From positions 91,819-155,818 of the forward strand of contig CAWGKG010000021.1 of assembly GCA_963823035.1 (NCBI GenBank): a stretch of DNA of 64,000 nucleotides. The letters run 5' to 3'. The notes under the pieces are model-generated. The model was given only the letters and a program-made list of their open reading frames with translations. It searched no databases and had not been told where the DNA came from. Below are positions 11,301 to 18,721 of the stretch, piece after piece (within the stretch, counting starts at the first letter, position 1; every line of letters starts with the position of its first letter). Origin of the DNA: an uncultured Gemmatimonadales bacterium. Its GTDB lineage: Bacteria > Gemmatimonadota > Gemmatimonadetes > Longimicrobiales > Gaopeijiaceae. A program made the translations under genes and the position numbers.

Positions 11301-11353
11301 GCGGCCAGCGACAGGAGCGCGAGGCACAAGCTCCGCACGCTCGTGGTTCTCAT
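8336..11353 (-). CDS. susC: SusC/RagA family TonB-dependent outer-membrane transporter
   Basis: GGAGGAG before ATG 11353, signal peptide, carboxypeptidase-regulatory-like domain, LDEIVVTG, plug motif [33 protein letters not shown] and C-terminal Phe (FDIGF). Confidence 0.96.
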   Translation of the reverse strand: [1005 protein letters not shown]

Positions 11354-11646
11354 TCTGCTCCTCCGTGGAGTTGGCGAACACCGGGCAGGCAGGCCCGGCG
11401 ACAAGCCCCTTCGCCCGCGCGGGCGAACCCGACGCGAGCGGGGCGCTGCCGGCATCCCCGAAGGGGTGCCGGCGGCACTGGTCACACCTCTATGCAGTTG
11501 GCAAGGTCGCCTGGCTGGGGGGAGGGACGGCGAACCTCAAACCTGCGAAAATGGATGGAACAGGAATGTCTATATCACGCGACACGCCCGGCACGCAACC
11601 CGATGCCGTAGGGCTGGCGGGAGCGTGCTTGCGCCGGACGCGCAGC

Positions 11647-12036
11647 CTATCGGCGGACGAGGGTGGAGTGCTCGAGGGTGACGGCGAGCGTCCAGACGTA
11701 GGCGTCGTCGGGGCCGATCGCGACCAGGGGGCTGCGGTACACCTGGTTGGATCCCACGGGATCCGCCTCGAAGTAGATGGAGATCCCGGGTGCGTCCATC
11801 CCGCGCGGCAGGCGGAAGGTCTGGTCGCCGTTGGTGGACACCTGGCCGAGGCGGGCGCGGGCTCCGCCGCGCACCACGGAGATGGTCATGTCCGCCCAGT
11901 GCCGGTTGTCGACGCGCAGGGTGACGGTGGAGGCGCCTCGCCGGGACCCGCTGAAAGGGCTCGCGCGCCTCGGCGTGCAGGACGGCGGGACGACGACGAG
12001 AAGCAGCAGCGCGATGCGGACACCCAACATCTTCAT
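11647..12036 (-). CDS. Small exported/lipoprotein-like hypothetical protein (beta-rich)
   Basis: MKMLGVRIALLLLVVVPPSC signal-like N-terminus, then VTLRVDNRHWADMTISVVRGGARARLGQV. GAGGGG upstream. Confidence 0.7.
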   Translation of the reverse strand: MKMLGVRIALLLLVVVPPSCTPRRASPFSGSRRGASTVTLRVDNRHWADMTISVVRGGARARLGQVSTNGDQTFRLPRGMDAPGISIYFEADPVGSNQVYRSPLVAIGPDDAYVWTLAVTLEHSTLVRR

Positions 12037-12202
12037 CACGGCCCCCTCGTCACGAGTCGACGCACGTCGTGGCCGCTTCCGGCTTCGACGTCGACGGACA
12101 CCTGCACCTTCTGATGGCGACGGCTCGCGTTTGGCGCAAGCTCGACGATGTGCGGCGCGTCGACGGCGGCGCGTTCGGCACGCCGCGCGCCACGAGCGAG
12201 GC

Positions 12203-12650
12203 TCAGTCCCCCGAGAGCACCCGTGCGGGGTCGATCCCGAGCGTGCGGCGCACCGGCCCGTGCGCGGCCGCGAGCACCGTGGCGCCCAGCACCGCCGACG
12301 CCAGCACGAGCGACACGGGCTCGAAGGGCGCGACGCCGTAGACGACCTGGTCGAGGAGCCCGGCGCCGACGTAGACGGCCGCGGACCCGAACACCACGCC
12401 CGCCACGAGGGCGGGGGGGCCAGCGCGGCGACGGTGGCCCGCACCGTGGCAGCGGCCGTTCGACGGTCGGTCCCGGTGCAGAGCCGTACGATCAGGCGCG
12501 CCGTGCCCATCGACGTGTACCACCCTGGGTCTCGTGCACGTACATCTCGGCGCGGGCCGGGCTCGTGAGGTCCATGCGCTTCACGTCGGGGGCCACCCCG
12601 ACCACGCGCAGCCAGGCGTAGGGAGCGTCCGGCGCTCCCCCAGCTTCACG
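12203..12650 (-). pseudogene. Internally deleted C-terminal fragment of an ADOP/FtsX permease
   Basis: WLRVVGVAPDVKRMDLTSPARAEMYV (MacB periplasmic motif) jumps near 12415 to the last TM segments (LLDQVVYGVAPFEPVSL...GPVRRTLGIDPARVLSGD). No N-terminal half. Confidence 0.75.
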
Positions 12651-12708
12651 CGGGGGCGACGCAGGGTGCTCACCGGGCCGTGGAAGCGCAACTGCGCGCC
12701 CGCCCCCG

Positions 12709-13815
12709 CTACGACCCGGACGGCTCCGACATCCTGAGAAGCTCCTCCAGGTATGGCTTCCAAACCACCGCCTTGGTGTGCGTGCCGTGGCCGACGGTCT
12801 CGTCGCTCAGCGGAATCACCACCGCCTTCCCGCGCTGCACGCGCACGATCTCCTTCTCCAGGATCCCGAGCTCGGGCGGGTTGATGAGGTCGTCCGCGGA
12901 GTTGATGGCCATGAGCGGCGCCCGGATCTTCTCCAGGTCGGGCGCGGGGTCGTAGTCTTCCGAGGCGCGGAAGGCGTAGAGGATGTCGTTCGCGTCGCGG
13001 GAGCGCATGAAGCTGGCGCCGGTCTCGGCCATCGCGCGGTCGGCGCTCGCCAACGTGGGGTGTGCCCGGTAGTGCGTGATGGGATTGCCGCCCATGAAGC
13101 TCAGCATCTCGCCCACGAACGCCATCGCCTGCAGCGGCCCCGTGTAGTCTCCGCCCCGGTAGTCGGGATCGTTCTGGATGGCGTCGATGATCATCTTCCG
13201 CCACATGCGGTTGCGGCCGGAGATCGGCCCGGGCACGCTCGCGAGCGGCATGAGCGCGTCCATGAAGTCGGGATACATCTCGCCCCACAGCCAGGAGTGC
13301 ATCCCGCCCATCGAGGTGCCCATGACCAGGCGCAGGTGGTTCACGCCGAGCCCATCGGTGAGAAGCCGATGGTCGGCGTCCACCATGTCGCGGTAGCCGT
13401 AGTGCGGGAAGTGGGCATGCAGACCCTCGCTCGGGCGGCTGGATCCGCCGTGTCCGATCGCGTCGACGAGGACGATGAAGTACTTCGACGCGTCGAGGAG
13501 CTGGCCCGGTCCGAAGAGCACGCCGGCGAAGCGGTCGTTGAGGAAGTTGGTGCCCGCCCCGGTCGTGCCGTGCATCACGAGCACCGCGTTCGTGGTCCGG
13601 CCGCTCGCGTCCTTCCGCAGCGTCCCGATCGTCCGGTAGTGCATGCGCAGCTCGGGGAGGGTGTTCCCGTCCCGGAACGCGAAGTCGCGGATCACGTAGT
13701 CGTGCTCGACGGGCTCGGGATAGCCCGTCTGGGCGGGCGCCGGCCGCGCCGCGAGGGTCGTCAGGAGAAGCGCCGCGACCACGGCGACGCCGGATGGGCT
13801 CGGGAACGGACGCAT
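12709..13815 (-). CDS. Secreted alpha/beta hydrolase, homoserine O-acetyltransferase (MetX)-like
   Basis: Signal peptide ending PAPAQ, VLVMHGTTG, nucleophile GTSMGG, NSADDLINPP and GHGTH. Confidence 0.88.
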   Translation of the reverse strand: MRPFPSPSGVAVVAALLLTTLAARPAPAQTGYPEPVEHDYVIRDFAFRDGNTLPELRMHYRTIGTLRKDASGRTTNAVLVMHGTTGAGTNFLNDRFAGVLFGPGQLLDASKYFIVLVDAIGHGGSSRPSEGLHAHFPHYGYRDMVDADHRLLTDGLGVNHLRLVMGTSMGGMHSWLWGEMYPDFMDALMPLASVPGPISGRNRMWRKMIIDAIQNDPDYRGGDYTGPLQAMAFVGEMLSFMGGNPITHYRAHPTLASADRAMAETGASFMRSRDANDILYAFRASEDYDPAPDLEKIRAPLMAINSADDLINPPELGILEKEIVRVQRGKAVVIPLSDETVGHGTHTKAVVWKPYLEELLRMSEPSGS

Positions 13816-14114
13816 GACAGGCCTCCAGGTCGGCTCTTCCTTCGTTGCTCTTCGCTCACCGCGCGCGCTTCATCCCGACGCGTCCCGGTGGACGTGTCAA
13901 CCTGGTTCGAACCTACAGGGCGGGCGCTGCCCCCGCTTGAAGGCTCGCGATCCGCCCCCTTTCCCCGCTCCACCCTCGCGCGGGCCCCATCCTTGCGTTA
14001 GGCTTCTGGCGTAGCGGGAGCATGATCTCCCGAGGTGACGCTGGCGGCGAGCACTCCCGCAGTGCCGTTGGCCGGCGTCTTCCGTTCGCGGGTAGAGACC
14101 CGTCCGAGGCAGCG

Positions 14115-14372
14115 ATGGCCAAGCAGGAGGCAGTGGAGGTAGAGGGGCTGGTCACGGAGGTTCTTCCGGACCAGAACTTCCGGGTGCGCCTGCAGAACGA
14201 TCACGTCGTCCTGGCCTACGCGGCGGGGAAGATGTCCAAGTTCCGCATTCGTGTACTGGTGGGTGACCGGGTCACGCTCGAGCTCTCTCCCTACGACATG
14301 ACCCGCGGTCGCATCACGTATCGTCACAAGGCCGGGGACGCCCCCCCGCCGCCCCAACGCCGGAGGCGCTGA
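14115..14372 (+). CDS. infA: Translation initiation factor IF-1 (stand-alone copy with C-terminal extension)
   Basis: [18 protein letters not shown]...[33 protein letters not shown] is the IF-1 signature. Confidence 0.96.
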   Translation: MAKQEAVEVEGLVTEVLPDQNFRVRLQNDHVVLAYAAGKMSKFRIRVLVGDRVTLELSPYDMTRGRITYRHKAGDAPPPPQRRRR

Positions 14373-14376
14373 GTTC

Positions 14377-14700
14377 GTGGCGTACGACCATGCTCCGCAG
14401 CGGCGCGAGTCCCTGCGGATCGCGTCGGTGGACAAGGCCGGTTGGGATGCGGACTCCGCGAGGATTCCGTGTGTCGGTGAGGACGTGTTGTCGGTCGACG
14501 GCGTAGGCGAAGTCGTGCGTGTGCTCGGCCGAACCAGCGACGGAAGCAGGCTTCTCGAGCTCCGCTTGGCCGAACGGCCGAAGCCTCCTTATTTTGCAGC
14601 AGCGTCCAACGTGCTCCAGCGAACCGAGCCGGAGCGCGGGGAAACTGCTATGTTGGGCGAGTCGGCGGAGGGCGCAGCCCCCTTCCGAAGCATGGGATGA
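14377..14700 (+). CDS. Hypothetical protein
   Basis: GTG 4 nt after the infA stop. Globular-looking core IPCVGEDVLSVDGVGEVVRVLGRTSDGSRLLELRL...PYFAAASNVL. Confidence 0.6.
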   Translation: MAYDHAPQRRESLRIASVDKAGWDADSARIPCVGEDVLSVDGVGEVVRVLGRTSDGSRLLELRLAERPKPPYFAAASNVLQRTEPERGETAMLGESAEGAAPFRSMG

Positions 14701-14833
14701 AGAGTATTTTCTCAGTTTGTGGCACGTCGCCACTACCCAGCGTGGGGGAACAACCACGTGGGTCAGCAGTCGGTAGCTACGGATCTTCCGGAGATTCCGA
14801 CCGAGGACCGAAGCGCACATAGGAGCAGCAAAG

Positions 14834-15040
14834 ATGCGTAGCACCGGCACTGTGAAGTGGTTCAACGATCAGAAGGGATTCGGCTTCATCACCCCGGACG
14901 ACGGCGGCAAGGACTGCTTCGTTCACCACTCGGCGATCCAGGCCCAGGGCTTCAAGACCCTGAGCGAGGGCGACAAGGTGGAGTTCGACGTCACGCAGGG
15001 TCAGAAGGGCCCCGCGGCGGAGAACGTCGTCAAGGTCTGA
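14834..15040 (+). CDS. cspA: Cold-shock protein (CSD)
   Basis: [15 protein letters not shown] (RNP1) and DCFVHHSAI (RNP2). AGGAG upstream of the start. Confidence 0.97.
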   Translation: MRSTGTVKWFNDQKGFGFITPDDGGKDCFVHHSAIQAQGFKTLSEGDKVEFDVTQGQKGPAAENVVKV

Positions 15041-15057
15041 CGAAGATCTCCAGGTGA

Positions 15058-15098
15058 ACGGGGTCTCCCGGGTGCCAAGCGCCCGGGAGGCCCCGTTT
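15058..15098 (+). terminator. Hairpin downstream of csp, probable terminator
   Basis: AACGGGGTCTCCCGGGTGC-CAA-GCGCCCGGGAGGCCCCGTT near-perfect stem ending in TTT, 17 nt after the stop. Confidence 0.7.
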
Positions 15099-15154
15099 GC
15101 ATATCCGTCCCGACCCCTCGGATCGGCAGGCGTTCGGATGGATGTGCTGCCGCG

Positions 15155-15557
15155 GGCGGCCCTCGTCGATCCACTTCTTCCGGCCGCCGTCGAGCAGGCG
15201 CACGTCGGGGTGGCCGAAGAGGGTGAAGACCCAGAGCGCGTACGCCGCCCACCAGTTGAAGTTGTCTCCGTAGAAGACGACGGTGGTGCCGCGCGCGATG
15301 CCACGCTCGGACATCAGCCGCGCGAAGGCTTCCCCGTCGACATAGTCCCGCGTGAGGGCATCGTTCAGGTCCATGTGCCAGTCGACCTTCACCGCACCGG
15401 GGATGTGTCCGGTGTCGTAGAGCAGCACGTCCTCGTCGGACTCCACCACGACCACATCGGGATCTTCGCGATGCTCCGACAGCCACTCGGTGGATACGAG
15501 CATGTGCGGGTCGGCATACTGCTGGAAGCGCGGATCGGGATCGTAGGGGGCAGCCAT
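15155..15557 (-). pseudogene. sseA: Sulfurtransferase (SseA/CysA rhodanese): N-terminal domain only, truncated
   Basis: [32 protein letters not shown] and [15 protein letters not shown]. Similarity then stops and the catalytic C-terminal domain is absent. Confidence 0.85.
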
Positions 15558-15752
15558 CGGATCCTCGGGATCGAAGGGTTCCATGGGGCGCGCCGCCGAG
15601 GCGGCGCGGCGGACAGCGGGCGAGCCGGGACAAGACCCTACCCGGCTGGGGGCCTTCGGTTCAGGTCGCGCCTTGCACACGCCACCCTCCCGCGGAGGGC
15701 GCACGTACCGGGCGCACGGAACCCCGACACCCTCCCCGAGGGTAGCCGACGC

Positions 15753-16235
15753 ATGAGCCTTCCCTCCCGTCTCGAGCGTATCGTCGACCGATTCCAGCGC
15801 GCCCCCCGGGACCTGCGCGTCCAGGCCCTCCTCCAGTTCGCCAACAAGGTCCCGCCGCTCCCGGAGGAGTTTCGCGACGGCGCCGGGCTGGAGCGGGTGC
15901 ACGAGTGCCAGACGCCGTTCTTCCTCGCCACACGCGTGGACGAGGACGGCAACGTGCATCTCTTCTTCGAAGCGCCGGCCGAGAGCCCGACGGTGCGCGG
16001 GTTTGCGGGTATACTACGTGAAGGGTTGGAGGGGGCCCCGTGGTCGGCGGTGATGGACGTGCCGACGGACTTCTATGCGAAGATGGGACTGGAAGCCGTC
16101 GTGTCCCCACTCCGTCTGCGCGGGATGGGCGCCATCCTGGCTCGGCTCAAGGCGCAGATCACCGCCCCCGCGTCTCCTGGATCGAAGACCGCGGACCCCT
16201 ACGACCGGGCTCCACCCCCGACCAGCCCTTCGTAG
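15753..16235 (+). CDS. sufE: SufE family sulfur-acceptor protein
   Basis: ERVHECQTP (acceptor Cys), [12 protein letters not shown] and [13 protein letters not shown]. The last ~25 aa look like read-through. Confidence 0.9.
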   Translation: MSLPSRLERIVDRFQRAPRDLRVQALLQFANKVPPLPEEFRDGAGLERVHECQTPFFLATRVDEDGNVHLFFEAPAESPTVRGFAGILREGLEGAPWSAVMDVPTDFYAKMGLEAVVSPLRLRGMGAILARLKAQITAPASPGSKTADPYDRAPPPTSPS

Positions 16236-16923
16236 TCGGCGCGCAGAACGCCGTAGCAGGAGCACGACGCGGCCTCCAGCCCCGGCCTGTCGGAGATCGT
16301 GATGCGTCCGCGGGCGTAGTGGATGAGCCCCGCCTCACGGAGCTCGGCGGCGGCGTTCGCGAGGCTCGGCCGCTGCACCCCCACCATCTGTGCGAGCGAT
16401 GCCTGCGTCAGCAGGAAACGGTCGGATCCGACGCGGTCCTGCGTGGTGAGGAGGCAGTGGGCGCACCGGGCCTCGAGCCGATGCAGTCGGTGGCAGAAGG
16501 CGGCCCGGGACAGCCGACCGACGACCGTCTCCGTGTAACGGAGCAGGACCCTGCGAAGGGGCTTGCTGTCGAGCACGGCGCGCCGGAACGCGACGGCGCT
16601 GATGCGCACCGCGTGGTCGGGAACGCGCGCGACCGTGCGGCGCCATCGCGATGCCTCCCCCGAGGAACACGGCGAGACCCACCACGCCCTCGTTTCCGAT
16701 GGTCTGCAACTCGGATCCGCACACCCTCGTCGTCGAGCACGACCGATACGACGGATCTCTGCGGGAAGTAGATCTGGGCGATCGCCTCCCCGGCGTGGTA
16801 GAGGATTCGGCCGGCGGGGAGTGGAACGACCTCCAGGCCGGGCAGGAGCCGTTCGTACTCCGCCTTCGACAGGGCGAGCAGGAGCCGGTTTCGCTCCCGG
16901 TGCTGCCCTTCGTGCGTAGACAT
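16199..16923 (-). CDS. Crp/Fnr family transcriptional regulator, frameshifted near 16715 and 16640
   Basis: NRLLLAL...IYFPQRSVVS, IGNEGVVGL, ARCAHCLL, HTH LTQASLAQMVGVQRPSL and LEAASCSCY. Confidence 0.88.
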
Positions 16924-16985
16924 CGGTCCCGCGACCTTGGCGCGAGTTGGAGACGACCCCTCGGTCGATGGCGACGGACCGGGGT

Positions 16986-18524
16986 TCAGGCCACTGCGGG
17001 CGTCTCGCTCCTCAGATACGCGTTGTGGTCGTGCAGGAGGCCGCCCGTCGGAAGCGCTTCCCAGAGCACGCCGAGGTCACGCCTCACCCGATTGGCGTAG
17101 AACGTCGGGAGCGTCGAGGTCTCGCGGTGGAAGAAGCGGTGCACGCTCGTGTCCGTGTCGAGGAGGCCGCGCACGCGCGCGTGGTGCCGGACGCGGTCGA
17201 GCCGTTCCGACGAGATCCCTCGCACCACGTTCATCCATTTCGGGATCAACGTGCGATTGGCGAGGAAGCGGCGCGCGATCCGCGGCGCGGAGTACGCGTA
17301 ACGCTCCAGGTCGACGAGGTTGTCGTAGAACGCGCGCCAGGCGTAGTTCTTCGGCACCACGTTCATGGCATGGCTCGCGTTCAGGAAGTGGAAGGGGAAG
17401 GGGAGGACGCGTCCCTCGCGCTGCAGCTCCAGGTTGAGGGGTGCGGCGCGGCCGAACGCGGAGAGGAGCGAGAACACCGGGAACGCGCCCGGGGCGAGAT
17501 CGATGAAGCGCTTGGTCAGCTCGAACGGATCCGCCCCTTCGTCGGTGTCCAGGCCGAGGACGAAGTTGGTCTGCACGTAGGGGATGTAGCGCAGGATCAT
17601 GTTGATGTGATCGGCGACACGTCGGACCTTCTCCGCTCCTACCTCGCGTCCCGTCTTGGCCTTGTTGCCGAGCGCGAACCACGACTCGACCCCCGGGAGG
17701 ATCACCTTGAAACCGTTCTTCGCGAGGCGCGCGAGGTGCGGTTCCGAGAGGAGGGACAAGCTGCTCTCGGCGAAGAAGTCGATCTTGCCGGGGGGCACCG
17801 CCTCCTCGATCGCGCCCAGGTAGTCGTCGAAACGGACGCCGAAGTTGGGGTCGTGCCAGCCGACGCGCGGGTGGGGCATCTTGGTGAGCAGGAACCGCAG
17901 GTCGCTGCGCATCTGATCGAAGCCCAGCGGCTGATAGGGCACCGTCGAGTCGATGCAGAAGGAGCACGTGTAGGGACAGCCCAGGCTGCCCAGCATCGGG
18001 ACGACCTTGAGCACCGGGGCCTTCGCGAGGGTGGCCTCGATGAACTTCCACCGCTCCTGCATGCTCGGCATCGCCTGCGGCTGACGCGGGGCGGTGAGCT
18101 CGACGCCGATGGGGCGCTGGGGCGGATGGTCGCGCAGCAGCTCCTCGATCATCGTCCGGTCGGTGAAGCCGAAGACGTAGTCGAAATAGCGGGCCGCGTC
18201 CTGCGGGTAGCAGCGCGCGTGCGGTCCGCCGAGCACGGTGATCGCGCCGCGCTGTCGGTGCAGGTTGCTGATCGCGTAGGCGGTGTGGGCCGCCTGCGTG
18301 AAGGCGCCGATGAACACGATGTCGGCCGGCCCGAGGACTTCCTGGGCGAGGTCCTCGAATCCCGTGTAGCAGACGTAGCGAACGTGATGACCGGCCTGCT
18401 CGCACCACACCGCGATGACCTGCGGCATGATGCTCGCGAGGTTCGCGTTCATGAGACGCGCGTAGAGCGCGCGGGTGGGCCGTTCGGTCGTGAGGTCCAC
18501 AACGGTGACACGGAGTCGACGCAC
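16986..18524 (-). CDS. B12-binding-domain radical SAM protein
   Basis: GGGAGG before GTG 18524, N-terminal Rossmann-like domain (IVFIGAFT...VLGGPHA), GCPYTCSFC (CxxxCxxC), PGVES and NFVLGLD. Confidence 0.9.
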   Translation of the reverse strand: MRRLRVTVVDLTTERPTRALYARLMNANLASIMPQVIAVWCEQAGHHVRYVCYTGFEDLAQEVLGPADIVFIGAFTQAAHTAYAISNLHRQRGAITVLGGPHARCYPQDAARYFDYVFGFTDRTMIEELLRDHPPQRPIGVELTAPRQPQAMPSMQERWKFIEATLAKAPVLKVVPMLGSLGCPYTCSFCIDSTVPYQPLGFDQMRSDLRFLLTKMPHPRVGWHDPNFGVRFDDYLGAIEEAVPPGKIDFFAESSLSLLSEPHLARLAKNGFKVILPGVESWFALGNKAKTGREVGAEKVRRVADHINMILRYIPYVQTNFVLGLDTDEGADPFELTKRFIDLAPGAFPVFSLLSAFGRAAPLNLELQREGRVLPFPFHFLNASHAMNVVPKNYAWRAFYDNLVDLERYAYSAPRIARRFLANRTLIPKWMNVVRGISSERLDRVRHHARVRGLLDTDTSVHRFFHRETSTLPTFYANRVRRDLGVLWEALPTGGLLHDHNAYLRSETPAVA

Positions 18525-18721
18525 GAGAGCCTCCCGCTCGCAGGGAGCGAGCGTCCAACGAGGTCCAGTGCGTTGCGGGGGTGGCGGCCGTCGGCGCCAG
18601 CGCACCATCAATGGTAAGGCGGTGTCGTCCTTTGGGAGCGCGAATCACTCCTCCCCGCTATGTCAGACAAAAAACATAGCGGGCGCGCGCCGGCTTCGAC
18701 AGGAGGGGAGCGACGTGGGGC

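Noticed and set aside
13895..13920. GGTTCGAACC resembling a tRNA T-loop
   Set aside because: I could not build an acceptor stem, D-arm or anticodon arm around it.
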